This document shows, in pieces, positions 42,722-52,802 of a DNA stretch of 64,000 nucleotides (position 1 is its first letter; each line of letters opens with the position of its first letter). The DNA lies in NCBI GenBank assembly GCA_963706025.1, contig CAVPLM010000005.1:768001-832000 (forward strand), given 5' to 3'. The notes under the pieces are model-generated. The model did no database searches, was not told the DNA's origin, and saw nothing but the letters and a program-made list of their open reading frames with translations. Made by a program: the position numbers and the translations under genes. The stretch is from an uncultured Actinomycetes bacterium. GTDB lineage: Bacteria; Actinomycetota; Thermoleophilia; RBG-16-64-13.

Positions 42722-44785
42722 ATGCTACTCCCTCGCAGAGCGGGGACTGCCCTCTTCACCGGCGGTGGTTGGCTGCAACACCACCGCGAAGACCGGCGCC
42801 GCCGCGCTGGTGGTGGCGCCGGCGTGCCCCCACGGCACCCGAGGAACGCCGCTAGGCCGCCCGGCACCCGGGAGACCAGGTGCTGGTCCTCTCCGATCCC
42901 TGCCGGGTGCTGGTGGCGCAGACGGTCGACGAGGTGCCGGCGGTCCTGGACGAGATCGGGGCGGAGCAGGCCCGGGGTCGCTACGTCGCCGGCTACGTGG
43001 CCTACGAGGCGGGAGCCGCTTTCGGCCTGACCGTCAAGACTCCTGACTCTCTGCCCCTGGCATGGATGGCGGTATATCCAGCGGAAGCCGCGCGGCGGCT
43101 CTCTGAATCCGAGCGGAGCCATCTGTTCGAGGCCGTGGACACCTCCCGGGTGGCGCGGATGGTCGCCGCGACCGAGCCCAAGCTGAGCGTGTCCAAACAG
43201 GAGTTCGTCCAGGCGATAGACCGCATACGAGAGCTGATCGCCGCCGGCGACACCTACCAGGTCAACTACACCGTGCGCGCCCGCTTCGACCTCGACCTGG
43301 ACCCGCTCGACTACTTCCTGGCCCTGGTACTCAGGCAGGCCGTCCCTTACGCCGCCTTCCTCGACCTGGGCGACGCCCAGGTCCTCAGCCTCTCCCCCGA
43401 GCTCTTTCTGAGGCGGAAGGACAGGCTGATCGAGAGCAGGCCCATGAAGGGAACGCGACCTAGGAGAGACAGCCCGGCCGCCGACGCCGCTCTCGCCCAA
43501 GAGCTGATCCGCTCGGAGAAGGACCGAGCCGAGAACCTGATGATCGTCGACATGGTGCGCAACGACCTGGGCAGGGTGAGCCGGGCCGGCAGCGTCCGCG
43601 TACCCGCCCTCTACTCGGTGGAGCCCTACCGCACCGTCTGGCAGATGGCGAGCACCGTCACCGGCCAGGCGCGCCGGGAAGCCACGCCGGGTCAGATCAT
43701 GGCGGCCACCTTCCCCGGTGCGTCCATCACCGGCGCCCCCAAGCATCACACCATGGAGATCATCGCGGAGCTCGAGACCGAGCCCCGAGGCGTCTACACC
43801 GGGACAGTGGGTCTGTTCCTTCCCGGCGGCGACTTCACCTGCAATCTGGCCATCCGCACCCTCGTCCACCGTAGTGGCTCCTATCGGCTGGGCGTCGGAG
43901 CCGGCATGGTTTGGGACTCCGACCCTGAGGAGGAGTACGAGGAGACGCTGACCAAAGCGGCCTTCGCCCTGCCGCCGGCCGGGAGCCGGTGGGAACCGCT
44001 CCCGCCGGCCGAGCGGGTCCGGGCCGACTCCATCGGACTGTTCGAAACCCTGCTGCTGGAGGAGGCGGAGGGGGAGGCGGACGTGGCCGAGCGCCGGGCT
44101 GGGCGGCGCCGCACAGACTGTAGGCCGGGCGCCGGCGCGCGCGGAACCATCGCCCGGAGGCACGGGACTCCCGGTCCTTTCCCGCTACCGCTACCTCACC
44201 GAGCATCTCGACCGTCTGGCGGCCTCGGCGCGGGCGCTGAGGCTGGTGTTCGACCGAGCCGACGCGGAAGAACGACTTTCCGAGCTGGCGCGCTCCAGCG
44301 AAGGGTCGGTCGTAGTCCGGTTGGACCTCGAGGCGGACGGCGCGCTCCACCTGGCTGTCCGCCTCGTGCCCGAAAAGCCGGCCGGGCCGGTGGCCCTCCT
44401 GGTCTCCCCTTTTCGCACCGACCCCCTCGAGCCGCTTCTCGCCCACAAGACCACCGCCCGGCACCTCTACGACCAGGAGCGGGAACGGGCTCAGGACTGC
44501 GGCTGCCAGGACGCACTCTTCCTCAACTACCTGGGCCGGCTCACTGAGGGCGCCGTCACCAACGTCTTTGTCCGCCAGGGCCAGGACTGGGCCACCCCGC
44601 CGCTGACGGACGGACTGCTGCCCGGTATCTGGCGGGCCGGCTTTCTTCGGGAGACTGGTGCGGAGGAGCGCTCGCTCTCGCTGGACGAGCTGTTCGGCGC
44701 TGATGAGATCGTCATCGGCAACTCGGTCCGCGGAGCGATGCGCGTGGACACCTTGGTGGTCAATTCGCTGGAGGGCGTGGCATGA
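42722..44785 (+). CDS. pabB: Aminodeoxychorismate synthase component I fused to class-IV aminotransferase/ADC lyase (PabB-PabC), frameshifts near 42850 and 44150
   Basis: GDTYQVN, SPELFL, PMKGT, KDRAENLMIVDMVRNDLGR, SITGAPK; then GLFETL, HKTTAR, TEGAVTNVF, LLPGIWR, GNSVRG. Confidence 0.88.
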
Positions 44786-45153
44786 ACGAGGAAAGCTCCG
44801 ACCAGAGCCAAGGACTGCACGAGGTGGCCCGGGCGCTTGCTCCTTCAGGTTTGTTCGTCCTTGCCGACCACTTCGTGACTCCTCTTCAGCGGGTTTTCTT
44901 CTCGACTCCCGCGCGTAGGAAACGTTTCCACACTCCGCGAGAGATCGACGGGTTGCTGGGGGCAGCCGGCCTCACAGGCCAGACGTGGCGCGATATCTAC
45001 AGCATCGGTCCCCTCCTTCTCGTCACCGGGGTGACCGCCCGGAGGGCTCCCACGGGCGGGGCTACTAGGCGTAGAGCCGCCCAGGTGAGGGGCAACCGGC
45101 TGTCCAGGCTCGAGACAGCGCCGGATCCGTCGGATCTATACTCCCTGCCGTGA
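44782..45153 (+). pseudogene. C-terminal remnant of a class I SAM methyltransferase
   Basis: GLHEVARALAPSGLFVLADH matches the post-motif-IV 'E..R.L.PGG...D' segment, but no SAM-binding motif I precedes it. Confidence 0.45.
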
Positions 45154-45247
45154 ATGGCGTTCGGGGTCATCGTTATCTGAGGGAACCTCTCCTCCTGGTA
45201 ACGCGACCAAACGCCGAGTCTGCCCAACCGCTCACAGTGAGGTGAAC

Positions 45248-45673
45248 ATGCGCCGTAATCTCGGAACCGCTCTGACACTCGTAGTACTCCTCGCCCTAAC
45301 GACGGTCGTTACCGCCGGCTGCGGAGGCGATGAACAGGGGCTCGACGGAACCTCCTGGAGACTGCAGGGCTGGTCGGTCAGCTCCTTGTTCCCGGGTGAC
45401 TTCGAGATCACCGCCGCCTTCACCAGCGATCAGATCACCGGCACCGCCGCGGTCAACACCTACGGCGGGCCCTACACAGCCACCGCGGATGGCGAATTCG
45501 CCGTCGGAGATCTCGCTCGGACGTTGATGGCCGGGTCCGAGGAGGCCATGAGAGCCGAAGACACGTACTTCCAGCTGCTGGCGGAGGCCCAGACCTACGT
45601 GATCGACGGCGGCCAACTCATCCTGAGCGACGCAAACGGAAACCAGTTGCTGATATACGATCCCCAAGAGTGA
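45248..45673 (+). CDS. META-domain (HslJ-like) lipoprotein
   Basis: Lipobox TAGC, LDGTSWRL, G....NTYGGPY, TLMAG, L.L. Confidence 0.85.
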   Translation: MRRNLGTALTLVVLLALTTVVTAGCGGDEQGLDGTSWRLQGWSVSSLFPGDFEITAAFTSDQITGTAAVNTYGGPYTATADGEFAVGDLARTLMAGSEEAMRAEDTYFQLLAEAQTYVIDGGQLILSDANGNQLLIYDPQE

Positions 45674-45759
45674 CAGCCGTAGCCCCGCTCGATGTTTTGA
45701 CGGCGGGGAGGGCCCTGGTATGCTTTCTGAGAATTTGTTGCTGATCGTTATCAAGCGTC

Positions 45760-46815
45760 ATGCGTGGTGAGATGGGCAAAGCCCTCAGAAGCCTCGGCAG
45801 GGTGATCAAGAGACTCTTTCGTCCGCTCGCCCCCTTCGGCAGGCTGCTGAAGGAGGCGGTCGTAGGATTCATGACGCACAACGTCAGCCGCATGGCGGCC
45901 TCGATCGCCTATTTCGGCGCTTTCAGCCTCGCACCCATCCTGGTGATCGCGGTCACGCTGGCCTCCCTCGTCTTCGGCAAGGCGGCCAGCGAGGGATTGG
46001 TCTTCGACCGGCTCGCCGAAACCTTCGGGAAGGACATCGCCCGCTTCATCCAGTCCATGCTGGCGGCGATCTACAACAACAGCGGAGGCCTCACCGTGGC
46101 TACTGTGCTCGCGATCCTCCTACTCATGTGGGCGTCGACGCGCATCATAGGTTCCGTGCGGGGAGCCCTGAACGATATCTGGGGCGTTCCCGGGCACGGC
46201 GGCACCGGCTTCCTGGGCTTCGTCTTCGGAAAGCTTATTGACCTGGGTTTCGTACTTGTGATCGGAGTCATGTTCCTGGCGGCGATGCTCGCCAATACTG
46301 CCGTGAGCGCCCTCACCGAGTACTTCTCCGACCTCCTCCCCCTGCCGGGCTGGGTACTGCAGCTGATCGGGATCGTCTTCTCGCTGCTAGTGACCACGAT
46401 TTTCCTGACGGTCATCTTTCGCTTTCTCCCCAACATCAAGGTCCGTTTCGTCTACATCCTCATGGGGGCGTCGGTCACGGCCGTCCTTTTCAGCATCGGC
46501 AACTACGTGATCGGGCGCTATCTGGGGCGGACCAGTCCGGGGTCGACCTTCGGCGCGGCCGGCTCCCTGGCCGTGATACTGATCTGGATGTACTACTCGG
46601 CCAACATCGTCCTGTTCGGGGCGGAGGTCACCCGAGCCTATGCACGGCGAGGAAAGCTGCGAACAGCCCCGGAGGGCGCGGGCCAGTGCGGTTCCGGTGG
46701 AGCCTTGGACGAAGGCACAGCCCCGGCCCGACAAGCCGTGTCCGAAGGCATCCCGCCCGAAGCCAGAGACGATCCCCCTGAGGGGTCTAGCAGTCAGGCC
46801 GATCGCCCAGCTTGA
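45760..46815 (+). CDS. YihY/BrkB family inner-membrane protein
   Basis: AASIAYF..FSLAP, ALNDIWG, FRFLP, FGAAGSL.V.L.W.YYSA.IVLFGAE. Confidence 0.9.
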   Translation: MRGEMGKALRSLGRVIKRLFRPLAPFGRLLKEAVVGFMTHNVSRMAASIAYFGAFSLAPILVIAVTLASLVFGKAASEGLVFDRLAETFGKDIARFIQSMLAAIYNNSGGLTVATVLAILLLMWASTRIIGSVRGALNDIWGVPGHGGTGFLGFVFGKLIDLGFVLVIGVMFLAAMLANTAVSALTEYFSDLLPLPGWVLQLIGIVFSLLVTTIFLTVIFRFLPNIKVRFVYILMGASVTAVLFSIGNYVIGRYLGRTSPGSTFGAAGSLAVILIWMYYSANIVLFGAEVTRAYARRGKLRTAPEGAGQCGSGGALDEGTAPARQAVSEGIPPEARDDPPEGSSSQADRPA

Positions 46816-49621
46816 GGCGTAGCACTCGGGGCAGCACCCCACCATGCTCGAAATACTCCACATCGACGCTCGAGTCGAGACGAGCCCGGCAGGCGAGCAT
46901 GAGGTCGTCGGCGGCCACATAGTGCACCGTCATCACCACGTTCGCCCCGGGAGCCAGCCCGGCGCCGATACCATCGACATCCACCGTCTCCGCGCCGTCC
47001 AGTCCCAGGCTCTCCACGGTCACACCCGGCTCCAGCTCCAGAGGCAGCACGCCCATCCCCACCAGGTTGCTGCGGTGGATGCGCTCGAAGCTCTCGGCTA
47101 TCACGGCACGAACCCCTAGCAGGGCGGTACCTTTGGCCGCCCAGTCGCGGGAACTGCCGGTGCCGTACTCCTTGCCGGCGAAGATCACCAGCGGCACCGA
47201 CTCGGCCCGGTAGCGCATGGCCGCGTCGTAGATCGACAGCAGCTCGCCCGAAGGATGGTGGATCGTCCAGCCTCCTTCGCGGCCGCCGGCCATGAGGTTG
47301 CGCAGGCGGACGTTGGCGAACGTGCCCCGCAGCAAGACCTCGTGGTTGCCGCGCCGGGCGCCGTACGTGTTGAAGTCGCACTGCTCGACTCCCTGCTCTT
47401 GCAGGTAACGGCCGGCCGGACTGTCCAGGGCGATCGATCCCGCCGGCGAAATGTGGTCGGTGGTGACCGAATCGCCGAGAATGCCCAGCAGCCGCGCGCC
47501 CCGGATGTCGCGCGGCGGCGCCGGCTCGGCGGTGAAGCCCTCGAAGAAGGGCGGCTCCCGAACGTACGTGGAATCGGGATCCCACTGGTAGAGTGCGCCC
47601 TTAGGCACGGTCATGAGGCGCCAGGCCTCGCTCCCTTCGAGCGCCGCCCGGTATTCCTCCAGAAACACCTCGGGGCGCAGGACGTCAGCGGTCAGCTCCG
47701 CCACCTCGCTCGCGGAAGGCCACAGATCGGCCAGGAACACCGGGCGGCCATCGGCCCGGACGCCTAGAGGCTCGCTGGTCAGGTCGATGTCCACCGTCCC
47801 GGCCAGGGCATAGGCCACCACCAGGGGCGGCGAAGCCAGGTAGTTGGCCCGCACCAGAGGATGGATGCGGGCCTCGAAGTTGCGGTTGCCGCTCAGCACG
47901 GCCGCGACCACCAGCTTGTCCTCGACGATCGCCCGCGACAGGGCCTCCGGCAGGGGCCCGCTGTTGCCGATGCAGGTGGCGCAGCCGTAGCCCACGGCCG
48001 CGAAGCCCAGGGTTTCCATCGGCTCCAGCAGCCCGGCCTCGGTCAGATAGCCGGTCACGGCCCGGGAGCCCGGAGCCATGCTGGTCCGCACCCAGCGAGG
48101 GGGGGTGAGACCCAGCTCGACCGCGTTCCGGGCCAGCAGGCCGGCTGCCAGCATCAGCGCCGGGTTGGAGGTGTTGGTGCAGCTCGTGATCGAGGCGATG
48201 ACGACGCTTCCGTCCGCGATCGTCTCCCGCTTCTCGTCCAGCTCCACTTTGGTCTTGACGATGTCGCTCCTGCCCTGACTGAGCGCGGGCAGATGCTTGT
48301 GAAAACCTTCCCTCACCTTCCCCAGCTGCACGCGCTCCTGCGGGCGCCGGGGGCCGGCCAGGCTCGGCCGGACCTCGGAGAGGTCGACCTCCGCCACCCA
48401 GGAGTATTCGGGGTCGGGTGAGCCCGGCTCGCGCCACAAGCCCTGGGCTCGACAGTACGCCTCGACCCGGGCGCAGACGTCTTCGGAACGCCCCGTCTGG
48501 CGCAGGTAGGCGACCGTCTCCCCGTCCACGGGGAAGAAACCGCAGGTGGCCCCGTACTCGGGAGCCATGTTGGCCACGGTCGCCCTGTCGGCCAGGCTCA
48601 GAGTCTCGGCACCGGGACCGAAATACTCCACGAAACGGCCGACCACGCCCAGACCGCGCAGCAGCTCGGTCACGGTAAGCACCAGATCGGTAGCCGTGGC
48701 CCCCTCCGGGAGCCGGCCGACCATCCGCACCCCCACCACCTGGGGGACCAGCATGAAGTACGGCTGTCCGAGCATGACCGCCTCGGCTTCGATGCCTCCC
48801 ACCCCCCAGCCGAGCACACCCAGACCGTTGATCATGGTGGTGTGAGAGTCGGTGCCGATGACGGTGTCGGGATACGCCCAGGGTAGGTCGCCGTTTGGCT
48901 CCCCGCCGGCCGGGGCGGCCCCGGCGGCGGCCGCGCGCGCGGCGCCGGCCCGCGCGGCGCCGGCTCCGCCGGCCCGCGCCGCCGCCTCATCCCGCCTCAC
49001 CACTTCCGCCAGAAACTCGAGATTGACCTGGTGGCAGATGCCCGTCCCGGGCGGCATGACCCGCAGATTGCCGAACTCACCCTGGGCCCAGCGCAGAAGG
49101 GAATAGCGCTCGGCGTTGCGGTCCATCTCCAGCCCCATGTTGATGCTGCAGGCGTCGGCCACGGCGCAACAGTCCACCTGCACCGAATGGTCGATGACCA
49201 GGTCCACCGGCACACTGGGATCGATGCTCTTCGGGTCTCCTCCGCTCCGCGCGACAGCCGAGCGAAGCGCGGCCAGGTCTACCACACAGGGCACCCCGGT
49301 GAAGTCCTGAAGCAACACCCTGCCGGGCATGAAGGCCAACTCCGGTCGCTCAGCCGCGGAGGCATCCCAGTCGAGGAGGGCCAGCACGTCCACCTCTTCC
49401 ACCGCTCCAAGACCGCAGTGGCGAGCGGCGTTCTCGAGAAGCACTCGGATGGAATAGGGGAGCCGCCCCAGGTCGCGCCCGGTCGTCCGAGCCAAGTACT
49501 GCAGGTCCGCCACCCGGGCAGCGCCGCCGGGTAGATCGAGCGTCCGCCAAGCCCCGAAAGGACCCTCGCCCCCCGATCGGTTTCCTTCCCGTGCCGGCGG
49601 GAAGCTGCCACTCAGCGCCAT
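46787..49621 (-). CDS. acnA: Aconitate hydratase A
   Basis: RVLLQDFTGVP, GICHQVNLE, GTDSHTTM, ITSCTNTSNP, GCATCIGNSG, TTDHISPAG, YGTGSSRDWAAKG. Confidence 0.96.
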   Translation of the reverse strand: MALSGSFPPAREGNRSGGEGPFGAWRTLDLPGGAARVADLQYLARTTGRDLGRLPYSIRVLLENAARHCGLGAVEEVDVLALLDWDASAAERPELAFMPGRVLLQDFTGVPCVVDLAALRSAVARSGGDPKSIDPSVPVDLVIDHSVQVDCCAVADACSINMGLEMDRNAERYSLLRWAQGEFGNLRVMPPGTGICHQVNLEFLAEVVRRDEAAARAGGAGAARAGAARAAAAGAAPAGGEPNGDLPWAYPDTVIGTDSHTTMINGLGVLGWGVGGIEAEAVMLGQPYFMLVPQVVGVRMVGRLPEGATATDLVLTVTELLRGLGVVGRFVEYFGPGAETLSLADRATVANMAPEYGATCGFFPVDGETVAYLRQTGRSEDVCARVEAYCRAQGLWREPGSPDPEYSWVAEVDLSEVRPSLAGPRRPQERVQLGKVREGFHKHLPALSQGRSDIVKTKVELDEKRETIADGSVVIASITSCTNTSNPALMLAAGLLARNAVELGLTPPRWVRTSMAPGSRAVTGYLTEAGLLEPMETLGFAAVGYGCATCIGNSGPLPEALSRAIVEDKLVVAAVLSGNRNFEARIHPLVRANYLASPPLVVAYALAGTVDIDLTSEPLGVRADGRPVFLADLWPSASEVAELTADVLRPEVFLEEYRAALEGSEAWRLMTVPKGALYQWDPDSTYVREPPFFEGFTAEPAPPRDIRGARLLGILGDSVTTDHISPAGSIALDSPAGRYLQEQGVEQCDFNTYGARRGNHEVLLRGTFANVRLRNLMAGGREGGWTIHHPSGELLSIYDAAMRYRAESVPLVIFAGKEYGTGSSRDWAAKGTALLGVRAVIAESFERIHRSNLVGMGVLPLELEPGVTVESLGLDGAETVDVDGIGAGLAPGANVVMTVHYVAADDLMLACRARLDSSVDVEYFEHGGVLPRVLRLKLGDRPDC

Positions 49622-49634
49622 CCCGGGCTCCTAG

Positions 49635-49796
49635 GAGCTCGTTTCAGAATGACGCTTTGCCGACAGGGTGCGATCGGCGCGAGTGAGGCGAGGACGCAGG
49701 GAGCGGTCGTAGCAGCGCTACGGGCGCGACTGAGGACGATGGATCGCTCTGCCCAACGCGGACGAGGCGGCCGAGACTTCATTCTGAAACGAGTTC
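49635..49796. mobile_element. 162-bp MITE-like non-autonomous element
   Basis: Terminal inverted repeats GAGCTCGTTTCAGAATGA (49635-49652) and TCATTCTGAAACGAGTTC (49779-49796), 17/18 match; flanked by TAG and TAA; no ORF of note. Confidence 0.7.
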
Positions 49797-51365
49797 TAAA
49801 GGTAGACCCGGTCGCCACGGGCGCCCCCGGCTTCCCTCTTAGTGGCCACGTTGTTGAGCGCCCTCACGTAGGCTTTGGCCGAAGCCTCCAGCACGTCGAT
49901 CGAGACCGCCTGCCCCGCATAGCGTTTGCCGTCGACCTCCACGACCACCCGCACCTCGCCCAGGGAGTCCTTGCCCGAGGTGATGGAGCGCACCTGGTAG
50001 TCCATCAGCCTGCCCGTCACCCCCACAGCGTCGTCGATGGCCAGGAAGATCGACTCCACCGATCCTCCGGAGAAGGCCTTGCCCGCTCGCTGCTCGCCCT
50101 GCTTGAGCACGCCGACCTGGCTGGAGGAGATGATGTCGGTGCCCGCCGAGACATACACGTGCTCGAGCGAGTACACGTCCTCGCGCTCGCGGAGCTCCTC
50201 GCCTACCAGGGCTTCCAGATCGGCCGTGGTGACTTCCTTCTTCTTGTCGGCGGTCTCCTTGAAGCGGCGGAAGACTTCGTCCAGCTCGGCCCCGTCCAGA
50301 TGGATGCCTATTTCGGCCAGATGTGAACGCAGCGCGTGGCGGCCGGAGTGCTTGCCCAGGACGATGTCGGAGTCGGCAAGTCCGATGTCCCGGGCGTGCA
50401 TGATCTCGTAGGTGGTGCGCTCCTTCAGCACCCCGTCCTGGTGGATGCCGGATTCATGTGCGAACGCGTTCTTGCCCACGACCGCCTTGTTGGCCTGCAC
50501 CATGTGGCCGGTGAAGCTCGAGACCATGCGGCTGGTGCGGGCGATCTCGGTGGTCACGATGTTGAACGGTCGCTGGATGATGTCCCGGCGGGTGACCAGG
50601 GCCATGGCGATCTCTTCCAGGGCGGCGTTGCCCGCCCGCTCGCCCAGGCCGTTCACGGCGACCTCCACCTGGGTGGCGCCTCGCTCCACCGCGGCCAAGG
50701 AATTGGCGACGGCCAGCCCCAGATCGTTGTGGCAGTGGACGCTCAATACCACGTTCTCCAGACCCGGTACCTTCTCGTACAGCTGGTCCATGAGCGCCGC
50801 GTACTCGGTGGGCAGGGCGTAGCCCACCGTGTCGGGCACGTTGATGGTGGTGGCCCCGGCCTCGATGGCGGTCGCCAGCACTTCGGCCAGGAAATCCACG
50901 TCGGAGCGGGTGGCGTCCATGGCCGAGAACTCCACGTCGTCCGGGCAGAGGCGATACGCACAGCTCCACCATCTCCTGGGTCAGCCGGATCACTTCCGCG
51001 CGACTCACGCGCATCTGATGCTCCAGATGGATGTCGGAGGTCGACACGAACGTGTGGATGCGCGGGCGCTCGGCGTCTTTGATGGCCTCCCAGCACGTGC
51101 GGATATCGCTCTCGGTGCAGCGGGCCAGGCCGCAGATGACGGCGCCCTTCACCTCGCGGGCGATCGTCTGCACGGCGGCGAAATCTCCGGGGCTGCTGGC
51201 CGGGAAGCCGGCTTCGATCACGTCTACGCCCAGGCGCACCAGCTGATGGGCGATCTCCAGCTTCTCCGACGCGTTCAGGCTGCTGCCCGGCGACTGCTCG
51301 CCGTCGCGCAGAGTGGTGTCGAAGAAGACGACGGGTACTCCTATGTTGCGGCGACTCGTGGACAT
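49796..51365 (-). CDS. leuA: 2-isopropylmalate synthase, frameshift near 50950
   Basis: [58 protein letters not shown] and a regulatory domain. Confidence 0.95.
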
Positions 51366-51555
51366 GGTCCTACCTCCTGGCTCTACTGAAGATGATAGCT
51401 GCTGAGATGCCGGATGGCGCCGGCTTCGCGAGTATCTCCCCCTAACGGGGGAGCAGGAGGAGGAGGCCAAGAACGAGAGCACGGCGAGCATCGTCACTCG
51501 GTGCGGTCGACCGGCGGGCGACGCGGCAAGCCTGGAATCCTGTTCTGCTCTCCAT
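51366..51555 (-). promoter_or_regulatory. Leu-rich leader peptide (51555-51442, [37 protein letters not shown]) with SD-sequestering helix; LEU-element-like
   Basis: Manual translation gives 7 Leu in 10 codons. Leu codons CCTCCTG are complementary to the leuA SD CAGGAGG. Confidence 0.75.
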
Positions 51556-51620
51556 GGCAATCGAGTTTAGCAGGAGGTGCCGGGAAAAGGTACACTCGCG
51601 GCTCGCACCCGGGGGGAGCT

Positions 51621-52160
51621 ATGGCGCTGAAATTGCAGGGAAAGCAGGTATGTCTGCGGGCACTCGCCGCCGATGATCTGGGACCATTGGCGCAACTCCT
51701 GCAGGCTCCGGCCGTTGCGAGGTGGTGGGGCGCCTATGACGAGGATCGGCTGCGTCGAGAGCTCTTGGATGACCCCACAGCGGAGGCCTTCGCCGTGGAG
51801 GCAGAGGGCCGGCTGGTCGGCGTGGTGGATTTCCGCGAGCAGCAGGACCCCGACTACCACAACGCCGCCCTGGACATCTCGATAGGGGCGCCATATCAAA
51901 GACGAGGCCTGGGGTCCGACGCTTTCCGGACTCTCATCGCCTACCTCGTGGACGAGCGCGGGCACCACCGCCTCACGGTCGACCCCGCTGCCGATAATCT
52001 CGAGGCGATACGCTTCTATCACAAGCTCGGTTTCGAGCGAGTAGGGGTCATGCGATGCTACGAGCGCCTGCCCGGTGGAGGCTGGCGCGATGGTCTGCTG
52101 ATGGAGTTCATCGTGTGCGATAGTGAGCCCCAACCAAACGTGCCCGAGCGAGAGGAGTAG
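51621..52160 (+). CDS. GNAT N-acetyltransferase (RimJ/AAC(6')-like)
   Basis: VARWWG, QRRGLGS, DPAADN.EAIRFYHKLGF. Confidence 0.88.
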   Translation: MALKLQGKQVCLRALAADDLGPLAQLLQAPAVARWWGAYDEDRLRRELLDDPTAEAFAVEAEGRLVGVVDFREQQDPDYHNAALDISIGAPYQRRGLGSDAFRTLIAYLVDERGHHRLTVDPAADNLEAIRFYHKLGFERVGVMRCYERLPGGGWRDGLLMEFIVCDSEPQPNVPEREE

Positions 52161-52166
52161 ACCCAG

Positions 52167-52691
52167 TTGCACCATCAAGCAGACGCAGGCGAGACGCCGG
52201 CGATCCCCACTTTGGCAGCCGTGTGCGGCCTCTTCTGCGAGGCCTGCAGTATCTACATCGCCACCCGGGAAGATCCTGAGAGACTGGCGCTCCTGGCAGC
52301 GCGCTTCGGGCAGAGCGAGGAGGAAACGTACTGTGAGGGTTGCCGAGCCGGGAAGCGCATGGCCTACTGCCGTTCGTGCACCATGTTCGTTTGCGCCTCT
52401 GAGCGAGGCCTCGCCTTCTGCAGCGAGTGCGTGGAGTATCCCTGCAAGGACCTACTCGCCTTCGGCGCAGAGCGTCCACACCGGGCCGATATCGAGAAGG
52501 ACCTCGAGCAGATCGGGCAGATCGGGGCCGAGGCCTGGATGGACGAGATGCGCCGCCGGTACACGTGCCCCGAGTGCGGTACGATCAACTCCGCGTACGA
52601 TCTGAAGTGTCGCCGGTGCGGGCACGAACCAGGCAACGCCTTCGTGGATGAGCACCGCGAGGCCATCGTCGAACGGCTCTCCCAGCTTTGA
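52167..52691 (+). CDS. DUF3795-like Cys-rich protein with C-terminal zinc ribbon
   Basis: CGLFCEAC, CEGC, CSECVEYPC, CPECG...CRRCG. Confidence 0.75.
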   Translation: MHHQADAGETPAIPTLAAVCGLFCEACSIYIATREDPERLALLAARFGQSEEETYCEGCRAGKRMAYCRSCTMFVCASERGLAFCSECVEYPCKDLLAFGAERPHRADIEKDLEQIGQIGAEAWMDEMRRRYTCPECGTINSAYDLKCRRCGHEPGNAFVDEHREAIVERLSQL

Positions 52692-52802
52692 GACACTAAA
52701 CGCCCCGGCTTGCGGCATGGGCCGACCCGACGATAGACTCACCGGGGAAGTAACTAGGCACTCACGTCGTCGCCCACACGACCTCTTGCGAGGAGGCCTC
52801 CT

